Of a stretch of DNA of 64,000 nt, positions 31,904 to 42,730 are shown piece by piece (within the stretch, counting starts at the first letter, position 1; the number at the start of each line of letters is the position of its first letter). The stretch comes from an uncultured Chloroflexia bacterium. Lineage in GTDB: Bacteria; Chloroflexota; Limnocylindria; QHBO01. The stretch is from NCBI GenBank assembly GCA_963767985.1, contig CAVYGE010000002.1, positions 169,211 to 233,210 of the forward strand. Direction: 5' to 3'. The notes below the pieces were generated by a model that was given only the letters and a program-made list of their open reading frames with translations, did not search any database and was not told where the DNA came from. A program made the position numbers and the translations under genes.

Positions 31904-33552
31904 GCGAGCCGATCCTCCTGTATGACACGACCCTGCGTGACGGCACCCAGCGTGAGGGCCTGGTCCTCTCCCTGGCCGACAAGCTGAAGATCGCTCGACG
32001 GCTGGACGAGGCCGGCTTCCCGTACGTCGAGGGCGGCTGGCCCGGCTCGAACCCGAAGGACGAGGAGTTCTTCGCGGCGGCCCGCGGCATGACGTTCCGC
32101 AACGCGAGGCTGTCGGCCTTCGGCTCCACGCGCCATCGGTCGAATCGTGCGGGGGACGATCCGAACCTCCGTGCGCTCATCGAGGCCGAGACGCCGGTGA
32201 CCACCATCTTCGGCAAGAGCTGGCTGCTCCACGTCACCGACGTGCTGGGCGCAACCGCAGAGGAGAACCTGGCGATGGTCGCCGAGTCGGTCGCCTATCT
32301 GCGCGACGCGGGCCGCGAGGTGGTCTACGACGCCGAGCATTTCTTCGACGGCTACAAGGCCGATGCGGCCTACGCCATCGCCACCCTGCGCGCCGCCGTC
32401 GCGGCCGGCGCAACCACGGTGGTGCTGTGCGATACCAACGGCGGCTGCCTCACCGATGAGGTTGCCGCCCTGACGCGGAGCGTGGGGGACGAGTTGGGCA
32501 CCGATGTGACCCTCGGCATCCACGTTCACGACGACGCCGGCCTGGCGGTGGCCAACTCCCTCGCTGCCGTCCAGGCCGGTGCTCGTCACGTCCAGGGAAC
32601 GATCAACGGCTACGGCGAGCGCTGCGGGAACGCGAACCTCGTCACGATCTGGGCCAACCTGGCTCTCAAGCTGGGCCTGCCCACCGTTCCGGCCGGAGAC
32701 GACCTGAGCCACCTGCCCGAGCTGTCGCGGTTCGTGGCGGAGGTCGCGAACATCGCGCCCGACGCGCATCAGCCGTATGTCGGGACGAGCGCCTTCGCGC
32801 ACAAGGGCGGCGTCCACGGAGCGGCCACGGCCCGCGTCGAGCAGGCGTATCAGCACGTGGATCCGGCGATCGTCGGTGGCACCTCGCGCCTGGTGGTCAG
32901 CGAGCTCGGCGGCAAGGCGAACGCCGCCTGGCGCGTCCGCCAGCTCGGCGAGGTCGCATCGGAGGGGCTTGACCCGGCGGAGCTGTCGCGACTCGTGAAA
33001 CAGCTCGAGTCCGAGGGGGCCAGCTTCGAGGGGGCGGACGCTTCGTTCGAGCTCCTCGTCCGGCGACGGCGCAACGACTACGTCGCGCCGTTCCGGATCG
33101 TGGACTTCACCGTCATCGTCGAACGGCGCAACGGCGCCTCCCCGCGCGCCGAGGCCAGCGTCAAGGTCGAGGTGGACGGCGAGGTGCTCCACACCGCGGC
33201 CGATGGCAACGGGCCCGTCAACGCGCTCGACCTGGCGCTGCGCAAGGCGCTCGGCGCCTTCTACCCCGCCCTCGACGAGGTGCATCTCGTCGATTACAAG
33301 GTGCGGATCATCGACGGCGAGGCGGCGACCAAAGCCCGGACGCGCGTGATCATCGAGACCGGCCACGAGACCGGGACGTGGATCACGGCCGGCGCCGAGG
33401 CGAACATCATCGCGGCCAGCCTGGCGGCGCTCCACGACTCGCTGGAGTACGCCATCTGGAAGCTCGACGCGCAGCCGCATCGGCGCGACGAGCGCAGCTC
33501 CTCGGACGCGGCGCTCCGTCGAGATCGGCTGGCAGCCGGGGAGGCATCGTGA
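31900..33552 (+). CDS. cimA: Citramalate synthase
   Basis: YDTTLRDGTQ, YVEGGWPGSNPKD, FGKSW, YDAEHFFDG, LCDTNGG, FAHKGGVH, FEGADASFEL, GNGPVNALD, DYKVRI. Confidence 0.92.
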   Translation: MSEPILLYDTTLRDGTQREGLVLSLADKLKIARRLDEAGFPYVEGGWPGSNPKDEEFFAAARGMTFRNARLSAFGSTRHRSNRAGDDPNLRALIEAETPVTTIFGKSWLLHVTDVLGATAEENLAMVAESVAYLRDAGREVVYDAEHFFDGYKADAAYAIATLRAAVAAGATTVVLCDTNGGCLTDEVAALTRSVGDELGTDVTLGIHVHDDAGLAVANSLAAVQAGARHVQGTINGYGERCGNANLVTIWANLALKLGLPTVPAGDDLSHLPELSRFVAEVANIAPDAHQPYVGTSAFAHKGGVHGAATARVEQAYQHVDPAIVGGTSRLVVSELGGKANAAWRVRQLGEVASEGLDPAELSRLVKQLESEGASFEGADASFELLVRRRRNDYVAPFRIVDFTVIVERRNGASPRAEASVKVEVDGEVLHTAADGNGPVNALDLALRKALGAFYPALDEVHLVDYKVRIIDGEAATKARTRVIIETGHETGTWITAGAEANIIAASLAALHDSLEYAIWKLDAQPHRRDERSSSDAALRRDRLAAGEAS

Positions 33553-34490
33553 CGGCGACCGAGCCGCGACACGCGGCGACAACCTCTGGACTGGGGGCCT
33601 GGGCCTACTTCGAGGGCGCCGTGGTTCCCATCGGCGAGGCGAACGTCAGCATCGCGACCCACACCTTCAATTACGGCACGGCCGTGTTCGAGGGCATTCG
33701 TGCCTATCGGCAGGCCGATGGCAGCAGCGCCGTCCTCTTCGCGCCTGAGCACTACGAGCGTCTCCTGCGCAACGCGCGCCTGATCCGGGCGGCCGTGCCG
33801 GAATCGGCGACCGACCTGGTGGAGATCACCCTCGACCTCCTGCGTCGCAATGCGCACGAGGGCGATGCCTACATCCGGCCGCTGGTCTACAAGTCGGCGC
33901 CGTCGATCCGCGTGCAGCTCAGCGGCATGGAGGATCGGATCGGCATCTTCACCATTCCGCTTGGCGATTACCTGCCGACCGGCGGCATCCGGGTCACCGT
34001 CTCGGGCTGGCAGCGTGTCAGCGACAACGCCATCCCCGCTCGCGGCAAGATCAGCGGCTCGTACGTGAACGCCGCGTTCGCCGCCGAGGACGCTCACGCC
34101 GGCGGCTACGACGACGCGATTCTGCTGACCGGCGACGGGCACGTGGCCGAGGCATCGGCCGCCAACCTGTTCGTGGTGCGCGGCAACGAGATCGCCACGC
34201 CCCCACTGACCGATGACGTCCTGGCCGGCATCACTCGTGCAGCGATCCTGCGCATCGCCGCCGATGCTGGCCACGACGTCGCCGAGCGCCGAATCGACCG
34301 CTCGGAGCTGTACCTGGCGGACGAGATCTTCCTGACCGGGACCGGCGTGCAGGTTGCGCCGATCTCCTCGGTCGACGATCGTCCGGTGGGCACGGGGGAG
34401 TTCCCGACCTCGCTCGACATCCAGCAGCGTTACTTCGCCGCCGTCCGCGGCAGCGATGACCGCTACGCATCCTGGCTCACGCCGATCTGA
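33549..34490 (+). CDS. ilvE: Branched-chain amino acid aminotransferase
   Basis: YGTAVFEGIRAY, YIRP, KISGSYVN, E.SAANLF, LAGITR, DEIFLTGT. Confidence 0.93.
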   Translation: MTATEPRHAATTSGLGAWAYFEGAVVPIGEANVSIATHTFNYGTAVFEGIRAYRQADGSSAVLFAPEHYERLLRNARLIRAAVPESATDLVEITLDLLRRNAHEGDAYIRPLVYKSAPSIRVQLSGMEDRIGIFTIPLGDYLPTGGIRVTVSGWQRVSDNAIPARGKISGSYVNAAFAAEDAHAGGYDDAILLTGDGHVAEASAANLFVVRGNEIATPPLTDDVLAGITRAAILRIAADAGHDVAERRIDRSELYLADEIFLTGTGVQVAPISSVDDRPVGTGEFPTSLDIQQRYFAAVRGSDDRYASWLTPI

Positions 34491-34530
34491 CCGCCGGAGC
34501 GCGGACGACCCAGCAAGGAGACACGACCCG

Positions 34531-35053
34531 ATGACCACTTCCCAGCCTGACGCGAACCCGGGCGCCTCGGACGGCCTGAGCATCGAGCGCTGGTCGGCGA
34601 CCAGCGGCAGCGATCGCGGCAGCCGCGCGTCCCTGGTGCTCCATGGCGGCGGCCACCGCTGGCGCGCCCATGCCGACGGAAACGGCGCGGTCGACGCGCT
34701 GATGCGGGCCGTGGACGATGCGCTGGCCCCGCTGCTCGGGGAGGGCGATCTCCCTCGTCGCCTATGACGTGCACGCCCAGGGCCCCGGCCACGAGACGAA
34801 GGGCTCGGTGACCGTGGCGATCCGGGGCCGCGCGGATGACGACGGCCCGGTCTATCCTGGCGAGTTCGTGAGCGAGAACATCCTCGAGGCGTCGGTGGGC
34901 GCGTACGTGGACGCCGTCAACGCACTGCTGGTCGACACCGGCGTCGACATTGCCGCCGCCGTCCCCGCGCCCGGCAGCACCGACACCCACGAGACCGATC
35001 CCGAGCATCGGACTGGCGCCAAGGACCGGATCATGTCGGCCTACAACAACTGA
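34531..35053 (+). CDS. Stand-alone LeuA-type allosteric (regulatory/dimerisation) domain protein (frameshift ~34745)
   Basis: AAGGAG SD; GNGAVDALMRAVD, LVAYDVHAQG.G...G.VTV, NILEASVGAYVDAVN align with the LeuA C-terminal domain; no catalytic barrel. Confidence 0.78.
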
Positions 35054-35111
35054 GCAGGGCTTTCCGGCGCGCGCCTTGCAAGGAGCAGGGCAGAACGCAG
35101 GAGAGGGTCCG

Positions 35112-35276
35112 ATGACTGATCGCGAACCCGACGCCAGGAGCGTCGACCAGCCGACCGACCGACCCCCGGACGAGGGGAAGACCTACGACCCCGAGATGAC
35201 CGACACGGACGAGGCGAACATCCCGCCGGACTCCGACGCCGATCCTGACAGCGAGGGAGAGACGCACTCCGGCTGA
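35112..35276 (+). CDS. Small acidic low-complexity protein (54 aa)
   Basis: GGAGAGG SD; Asp/Glu/Pro-rich ORF with typical codon usage. Confidence 0.45.
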   Translation: MTDREPDARSVDQPTDRPPDEGKTYDPEMTDTDEANIPPDSDADPDSEGETHSG

Positions 35277-35347
35277 TCTCGCAGGCAGGCGCCACGCCGC
35301 TACCATGCGGGCGGGGGCCACTGCGGGATCGAATCAGGAGGAGATGC

Positions 35348-36304
35348 GTGCCCGAGTCCGAGGTCATGACGGTGACCGGCCCGATGCCGGCATCGGGGCT
35401 CGGGGTCGTCGATGCGCACGATCACCTGTTCCTGCGCACGCCCGCCATGCCCGGCGAGGAGTTCGAGGACCTCGACCGCTCGACCGAGGAGGCCCGGGAA
35501 GGGCGCGACAGCGGCATCGGTGCCGTCGTCGACCTCACCCCCATCGGGCTCGGACGCCGACCGGACCTCCTCCGATCGGTCTCGGAGGCGACCGGGCTCG
35601 CGATCATCGGAGCCACCGGGTTCCATCGCGACGCGCACTATCCCGCGGGCCACTGGGTGCGCGACGCCACGGTCGACGAGCTGGCGGACCGCGTGATCCG
35701 CGACCTTGCGGATGGCATGCACCCGGCGGACTGGGATGACCCGACCGCCGTCCCGGATCTTGCGAGGGCCGGCGTGATCAAGGTCGGGACCTCGTACCAC
35801 CATGCCAGCGATGCGGAGCGCCGACGCCTCGAGGCAGCCGCCGTCGGCAGCCGGCAGGGTGGCGTCGCCATCGTCGTCCACGCCGAGGTCGGAACCTTCG
35901 GGCACGAGATCATCGACATCCTCACCGGACACGGCGTCGCCGCGAGCCGGATCGTGCTGGCGCACATGGATCGCAACCAGGACGCCGAGCTGCACGCCGA
36001 GATCGCCAGCCGCGGCGTGTACCTCGAGTACGACACGATCGGGCGAACCAAGTACGGACCCGACAGCGCCATCCTCGACCTGATCGAGGCCGTCGCCGGC
36101 GCCGGCCATCTCGATCGGCTCATGCTCGGGCTCGACCTGGGACGCAGGCTCATGCTGCGCGCCTACGGCGGCGGCCCGGGGCTTCGATATCTCATGCGAA
36201 CCTTCGTTCCCCGCCTGCGGCGACGCATCGGCGACGAGGCCGTCGACGCCATCCTGGTCGCGAATCCTGCTCGCGCATTCGCGCTCACCGAGCGTGTCTC
36301 GTGA
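35348..36304 (+). CDS. Phosphotriesterase-family (PTE/Php) metallo-hydrolase
   Basis: AHDHL, VDLTPIGLGR, ATGFH, GVIKVG, VHAE, AHMD, GLD metal ligands. Confidence 0.88.
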   Translation: MPESEVMTVTGPMPASGLGVVDAHDHLFLRTPAMPGEEFEDLDRSTEEAREGRDSGIGAVVDLTPIGLGRRPDLLRSVSEATGLAIIGATGFHRDAHYPAGHWVRDATVDELADRVIRDLADGMHPADWDDPTAVPDLARAGVIKVGTSYHHASDAERRRLEAAAVGSRQGGVAIVVHAEVGTFGHEIIDILTGHGVAASRIVLAHMDRNQDAELHAEIASRGVYLEYDTIGRTKYGPDSAILDLIEAVAGAGHLDRLMLGLDLGRRLMLRAYGGGPGLRYLMRTFVPRLRRRIGDEAVDAILVANPARAFALTERVS

Positions 36305-37597
36305 GGGACCGGTTCGACGTCGTCGTGGTCGGTTCCGGATCGGCCGGGTCGTCGGCGGCCATCGCGGCGGCCCGAAGCGGCGCTTCGACCCTGCTCATCG
36401 ATCGGCTGGGGTTCATGGGCGGCACCTCGACCGCCGTGCTCGATACGTTCTACGCGTTCTACACGCCGGGCCAGGATCCGCGCCGCGTCGCCGGAGGCAT
36501 CGGCTGGGAGGTGGTCGAGCGTCTCAGCGCGGACGGTGTCGCCTTCGAGCGGCCAAATACCTACGGCGCCGGCACGGGTGTCACGTATGACCAGGAGGCC
36601 CTCAAGGTGCTGTGGGAGCGGATGGCCGAGGATGCCGGCGTCGAGCTGCTGCTCCACACCTGGGTCACCGGCGTGACCATGGACGGGGATCGGATCACGG
36701 GCATCCGGATCTGGAACAAGGGCGGCGAACGAACCATCGGCGCCGATGCGGTGATCGATGCCTCCGGCGACGCCGATGTCATGCGCCATGGCCGGCGTCC
36801 CGTACGAGAACGCCCAGGCCACCGGGCAGGTGCAGTCGCTCTCGACGCTGTTCAAGCTGGCGAACGTGGACGTCGCGCGCGCCTCGGCCGTGCCAAAGGC
36901 CGAGCTGTGGGAGCTGATGCGCGCGGCTGCGGACTCAGGGGACTACCGCCTGCCGCGCATCGAGGGGTCGTGGCACCGGACCCCATTCGACGGAATCGTG
37001 CTCATCCACATGACCCGCATCCCGAACGTCGACGCGACCGACCCCGAACAGCTGACCCGCGCCGAGATCACCGGGCGGCGCCAGGTGCGCGAGTACGCCC
37101 GCTTCCTGCGCGACCGGGTTCCGGGCTTCGAGGAGTCGGTCGTCGTCGCCACCAGTCCGTCGATCGGCGTTCGGGAGAGTCGTCGCGTGCACGGCGACTA
37201 CCGGCTGACGCGCGACGACGTCCTCGAGGCGCGCCGCTTCGACGACGAGATCGCGCTGTGCGGCGCCCCGATCGAGGATCACCACGCCGGCGGCGACACC
37301 GAGTGGCGCTACGTCGCCGATGCCGGGGTGTACGGCATCCCGTATCGCTCGCTGCTGCCACAGGGCGTCGAGGGGCTGCTCGTTGCGGGACGGTGCTTCT
37401 CCGCCACGCACGACGCCCATGCCTCCGCCCGCTCGATGGCGACCTGCATGGCGATGGGGCAGGCCGCCGGGACGGCCGCGGCCATGTCGGTCGCTTCGCG
37501 GACCACGCCGCGGCGCCTGGATGCGGTCACCCTGCGCGAACGGCTTCGAACCGACGGAGCGCTGCTGGAACCGCTACCCGCCGAGATGGTCCGATGA
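36301..37597 (+). CDS. FAD-dependent oxidoreductase (FAD_oxidored type; frameshift ~36780)
   Basis: DVVVVGSGSAG, GFMGGTST, IDASGDAD, GVRESRR, IPYRSLLP, LLVAGRCFS, MAMGQAAG. Confidence 0.88.
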
Positions 37598-38233
37598 CCG
37601 TCGACGAGCTGCGTCGCGGACCCGCGGCCGAGGCCATCCGCCGGCATCGGCTGGTCGTGATCCTGCGTCGAGTCGAGCCCCGTGAGCATCTCCTGGCCCT
37701 GGCCGGCGAGCTGGCCGACGCGGGTGCCAGGATCTTCGAGGTGACCCTCGACTCCGCGGCGGGCGCGCAGGACCTGGCGGCGCTGCGCGCCGATCTCGGC
37801 CGACCGCGACGACGGCCCGTTCCTGGTCGGCGCAGGTACGGTCCGGACGGCCGAGCAGCTGGCCGCCGCGCGCGAGGCCGGGGCGGACTTCGCCGTCGCG
37901 CCACTCCTCGAGCTCGACCTGCTGCGCTCGTCCACGGAGGCGGGCCTCCCCTTCATCCCCGGCGCGATGACCCCGACCGAGATCGGCGTGGCCTGGGCGG
38001 CCGGTGCAACCATGGTCAAGCTGTTTCCCGCATCGGCCGTCGGGCCGGCGATGGTCCGTGAGGTGCGCGGCCCAATGGCGGAGGTGGAGCTCATCCCGAC
38101 GGGTGGCGTGGACGCCGGCAACGCGCTCGCCTACCTCGACGCCGGAGCGGCCGCGGTCGGCATCGGGAGCGCCATCACGAAGGCCGATGCGTCGGCGCGC
38201 CGCGACCTCGTGCGGATGGTCACCGCGTCATGA
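37594..38233 (+). CDS. KDPG/KHG aldolase family protein (frameshift ~37800)
   Basis: LVVILR, FEVT, VGAGTV, PGAMTPTE, KLFPA, IPTGGV. Confidence 0.88.
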
Positions 38234-39037
38234 GCGATCCCGGCCGCTTCGATGGTCGCGTCACCCTCGTGACCGGGTCGACCGGGATGGCGGCCTCGGC
38301 CGCGCGCGCCGATCGCCGGCGAGGGCGGCAGCGTCTTCCTCATCGCGCGTGACCCCGACCGCGTCCGTTCGCTCGCGTCCGAGATCGAGTCCGGTGGCGG
38401 GTCCGTGGCGTTCGTGAGCGCGGACCTGGCGCGGGAAGGCGAGGCCGATCGCGCCGTCTCGGGGGCGGTCGAACGCTTCGGCCGCATCGACGCCGCGTAC
38501 AACGTCGCGGGCATCAGCGGCCGTCGGTTCGGTGACGGTCCCGTGCACGAGGCGTCGCTGGCGGGTTGGGAGGCGGTCATCGGCGGCAACCTGACCAGCC
38601 TCTTCCTCGTCTGCCGTGCCGTCGTGCGGCACATGCTCAGCCAGGAGCCCGATGCGCGCGGTGAGCGCGGCGCCATCCTCAACATGTCGAGCGTCCTGGC
38701 ACGCCATCCGTCGGATGAGCATTTCGGCACGCATGCCTACGCCGCCAGCAAGGGCGGGATCGAGGCCCTGACCCGCGCGATGGCCTCCGCCTACGCGACG
38801 CGAGGCATCCGGGTCAACGCCATCGCGCCGTCCCTGGTCGCCACCCCCATGAGCCGCCGAGCCCAGGATGACCCGGCGGTCCGGGCATTCCTCGAGCGCA
38901 AGCAGCCACTGGCGCGCGGGCCGATCGACGTCGACGACGTCACGCCCACAGCGCTCCACCTGCTGGGACCCGATGCGCGGATGATCACCGGGCAGGTGAT
39001 CGACGTGGACGCGGGCTGGGGCGTGAGCGAGGGCTGA
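38230..39037 (+). CDS. Short-chain dehydrogenase/reductase (frameshift ~38310)
   Basis: VTGSTGMA, NVAG, NMSS, YAASK, IRVNAIAP, VDAGW. Confidence 0.85.
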
Positions 39038-39038
39038 C

Positions 39039-39767
39039 TCAGGCGCGAGATGGCTCCTCGACGTCGAACCAGACATCGAGGGCATAGCGCTCGGCCGGGT
39101 AGCGTGACTCCGTCGTCTCCAGTGGCCGTCCCTCGGCGTCGAGGATCACACGACGCTCCGCGAGCATCGGAGCCCCCGGGGTCGTCCCGAGGAGTCGGAC
39201 GTCGGCATCGGTGGCTGCCGAAGCGGTGATCGTCGCGCGGCCGCGGCGCAGGACGTGGCCGGCGGACTGGAGCGCGGCGTGGAGCGACCCAGTCGCAAGA
39301 TCGGCGGCCATGACCGCGTGGGCCACGCGCCGTTCGAGGACGGCCAGCTCGAGCGCGATCGGCACGCCGTCGGCGCAGCGAACGCGCTGCAGGACCACGA
39401 CCGGCTCCCCTTCCCTGATGTCGAGATCGGCGGCGTCCGCCGGGCGAGCCGGCCGGATCTCGCGCGTCACGATACGCGACGACGGAACCCGCCCCCGCCG
39501 GGTCATCTCGCGCGAGAAGCTCATGAGCCGATCGGCGCGACGGTGGGTCGAGGGCTCGGCGACGAAACTGCCTCGGCCCGGCACGCGCTCGACCAGGCCC
39601 TCATCGGCCAGGACCTGCATGGCATTCCGCGCGGTCATGCGGCTCACCTCGAACTCGGTGCACAGATCGGTGTCCGATGGCAGCGGATCACCCGGGCGCA
39701 GCGTTGCGATGCGCTCACGGAGCGCCTGCTCGATCGTTCGATAGCGAGGCACGTACGACGTCGTCAT
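39039..39767 (-). CDS. GntR/HutC (UTRA) transcriptional regulator
   Basis: PRY..I...L, LPS...L..EFEVSRMTARNA, PGRGSFV, SFSREM, UTRA C-terminus. Confidence 0.9.
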   Translation of the reverse strand: MTTSYVPRYRTIEQALRERIATLRPGDPLPSDTDLCTEFEVSRMTARNAMQVLADEGLVERVPGRGSFVAEPSTHRRADRLMSFSREMTRRGRVPSSRIVTREIRPARPADAADLDIREGEPVVVLQRVRCADGVPIALELAVLERRVAHAVMAADLATGSLHAALQSAGHVLRRGRATITASAATDADVRLLGTTPGAPMLAERRVILDAEGRPLETTESRYPAERYALDVWFDVEEPSRA

Positions 39768-40717
39768 CGGACGCTCGAGGTGGCGGCGACGGGCGAGCCG
39801 GCCGCTTCCATGCGCTCGGCGCCGTGCACCGCCGCGCCGATCGAGCCCGCCCATGTGCCGAGAGCGGCGCGGACGATCGACACCTGGTCGAGATCCGTCA
39901 CGTGGACGCGGCGACGGACCTCCTTGCGGATCGGCTCGAGGAGCAGCTCCCCGGCCGCGGCAACCCCGCCGCCGACCACGACTCGATCCGGGGTCAGCAC
40001 CACGATGAGGTTCGCGATGCCGATCCCCAGCAGCCGGCCGATCTCCCGAAGGCCGGCCCGGGCCCGCTCGTCGCCGGCATGAGCGGCGTCCACCGCACGC
40101 GCCGCACTGGCCGTCCCGCACGCGGCCGCGATACGGTCGGCGCGGGTCAGCGACTCGAGACAGCCCCGGTTGCCGCAGGTGCAGGGCGGCCCGTCGGCCT
40201 GGATCGTCTGGTGTCCGACCTCGCCGCCGGTCCCATCGTGCCCGAAGTGAATGCGGCCGCCGACGGCCACCACCCCGCCGACCCCGCTGCCAAGCGTGAG
40301 TCCGACCATCGTCGAGGCCCCACGCCCGGCGCCGAGGCGGAGCTCGGCCAGCCCGAAGGCGCGCGCGTCGTTGATGAGGGCTGCCGGGAGGCCGATACGC
40401 TCTCCGACCGGCCCGGCCATGGGACGACCGCTCCACTCGCCGGCCAGGTTCGGCAGGAAGCGCGCGGTGCCGCGCTCCGCGTCGTAGAGGCCCGGCACGC
40501 CAATCCCGACGGACCGCAGGTCAGTCCAGCGCGCCAGCGCATCGGCGCCGACCGTGCCCAGGCGAGCGATGACGGCTTCCGGTCCCTCAACCGAGCGCGT
40601 CGGGACCTGGCCGCGGTCCAGGGTCTCCCAGCCGTCCGCGCGCCGCTCGACGACCGTCCACTTGATGTTCGTGGCCCCAAGGTCGAGCCCGAGGTGGCGC
40701 GAAGTCGAGGCGCCCAT
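39764..40717 (-). CDS. ROK family sugar kinase
   Basis: GLDLGATNIK, GIGVPG, INDARAFGLAE, GEVGH, CTCGNRGCLE, AGSIGAA. Confidence 0.9.
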   Translation of the reverse strand: MGASTSRHLGLDLGATNIKWTVVERRADGWETLDRGQVPTRSVEGPEAVIARLGTVGADALARWTDLRSVGIGVPGLYDAERGTARFLPNLAGEWSGRPMAGPVGERIGLPAALINDARAFGLAELRLGAGRGASTMVGLTLGSGVGGVVAVGGRIHFGHDGTGGEVGHQTIQADGPPCTCGNRGCLESLTRADRIAAACGTASAARAVDAAHAGDERARAGLREIGRLLGIGIANLIVVLTPDRVVVGGGVAAAGELLLEPIRKEVRRRVHVTDLDQVSIVRAALGTWAGSIGAAVHGAERMEAAGSPVAATSSVR

Positions 40718-40721
40718 CGGC

Positions 40722-41719
40722 TCAGGACTCTTCGGTGATGCGCGTGTAGGCGGCCGCCACCGCCAGGATGATGGCGCCGAAGAGGATCTGGCGGACGGGC
40801 TCCGGCATCGACAGGACGGTGAGGAGCGAGGTGAGCACGGTGAGGATGAGCGCTCCCACGATCGTGCCGGAGTAGCCGCCGCGACCGCCGAAGATCGAGG
40901 TGCCGCCGATGACCGCCGCGGCGACCGAAGGGAGCAGGTGGCGGTCGGCAAGCGTCGCACTGGCCGCATTCGTGACGCCGGACAGGACGATCCCGGCCAG
41001 GCCCGCGAACACCGCCGAGAAGACATAGAGCAGCGTCAGCACCTGCCACACCCGTACGCCGGCCAGGCGCGCCGCCACCTCGTTGTCGCCGATCGCGTAG
41101 AGCAGACGTCCGTAGCCGGTCCGCCGCAGTCCGATCAGGATGAGCGCGGCCATCGGGACGAAGACGACGAGGCTGTTCGGCAGATTCGAAGGTCGTGCCG
41201 CCGCCGAGCCACGAACTCGCCCGGGCGCCCGAGCCGGTCTGCACCATCTGGAGCTGCCACACGTCGGCCAGCCCCAGCACGACCAGGCTCATGCCGAGCG
41301 TCATGATCAGTGGATGGACGCGGAAGATCCCGACGCCGACGCCGGTGACCAGTCCGGCCAGCAGCTGCCGCGGCCAGCGCCACCCCAATGCCGACGGCGA
41401 GCCCCGGGCCGCCGACGAGGGTCGCGACCACGAATCCGGACATCGACGCGACGGCTCCCACCGACAGGTCGATTCCACCGGTGAGCATGGTCAAGGGTCT
41501 GGCGCCGGCCAGAATGGCGAGCGGCACGGCGGATCGCAGGATGGTCGCCGCCCAGTCCACGGTGATCACTGTGGCCGCACGGCCAGCAGGACGCCACGCA
41601 CGAGGAGCCCAGCAGGACGAGCAAGGGAACGAGGGGTCGATCGCGGAAGATCGCGCCGCCAGGTCGGCCGTCAGGTCCAGCGGCTCGGCCCGCGGGCTGG
41701 GGCGCGGCATGCCGGTCAT
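40722..41719 (-). CDS. Sugar ABC transporter permease (RbsC type), multiple indels
   Basis: MLTGGIDLSVG, TGYGRLLYAIGDN..AARLAGV, LPSVAAAVIGGTSIFGGRG. Confidence 0.8.
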
Positions 41720-42730
41720 TCGGACGTGCCTGCCGCAGCGTGACGTAGGCGCCGAACATGACGACCGCGACCAGGATCCCGCCCTCGTGACGGTGGTGAG
41801 GTTGGTGTTCAGCCGCAGGAACGTCATGTCGGTGCGCAGCAGGGCGAGGACGACGACGGCGACCATGGGACCGAACAGACCGCCGCGCCACCGGCCAGGC
41901 TGACGCCGCCGAGCACGACCGCCGCGACGCTCAGGAGCGTGTACGGACCGGGGATCGGGGTGCCGATGCCGGTGTCGCCGTCAGCACCAGCCCGCCGAGG
42001 GCGGCGAAGAGCCCGCCGATGCGTAGGCGCCGATCTTCGTGCGATCCGACGTACACGCCGCTGCGGAATGCGGCCAGCTGGTTGCTGCCGACGGCGTACA
42101 GCGAGAGGCCCGAAGCGCGAGCGCTGGATCGGGATCCAGACCAGCGCAACGATGACGGCGAGCACGACCGCCGCCTTCGGGACCCACTCGGTCACGAACG
42201 AGCCGCAGGACGAGGTCCTGCAGCCAATCCGCGGACCCACCCCCCGGCGTGCTAAGGACGAGCAGAGCGAAGCCCGCCCACACGAACGAGCATGGCGAGG
42301 GTGACGACGATGTCCGGTACCCGTGTCAGCACCACCAGCGCGCCGTTGACCGCGCCGATGACGAGGCCGAGCGCGAGAACGATCGCCACGGCGAGCATCC
42401 CGACCTCGCCGGTCTGGTCATCCAGTCATGCGTCGCCGCCACCACGCTGGTGAGCGCCATCACCGAGCCGATGGAGAGGTCGATGCCCACCGCTGATGAC
42501 GACGACCGCCTGCGCCGCCGCCGCGAACGCGAGCGGCAGCGCGGCGATGGCCAGGGAGGCCATGGATCCGAGGCGCCGTACGTGTCGCGGATGAGCTTCG
42601 TGAAGACGAGGAGAAGGACCAGGAACCCGAACAGCGCCGAGCGTCCACGTGTCGCGGCGGACCGCGCCCATCGGCGGGCCGACCATCCGCCGCCGGCATC
42701 GGGCGTCGCCGTCGGGGCCAGGGCGCTCAC
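41716..42730 (-). CDS. Sugar ABC transporter permease (RbsC type), multiple indels
   Basis: QAVVVISG/GIDLSIGS, LYAVGSNQLAAFRSGV, LLSVAAVVLGGVSLAGG fragments. Confidence 0.75.

Noticed and set aside
30874-33552. LeuB-CimA fusion ORF
   Set aside because: The true LeuB C-terminus (RTADLGG...) lies in another frame and ends at an ATGA overlap with cimA; the fusion comes from an indel near 31790.
27436-33582. 2048-aa minus-strand ORF and other long antisense ORFs
   Set aside because: Shadow frames of high-GC genes on the opposite strand with no recognisable motifs.
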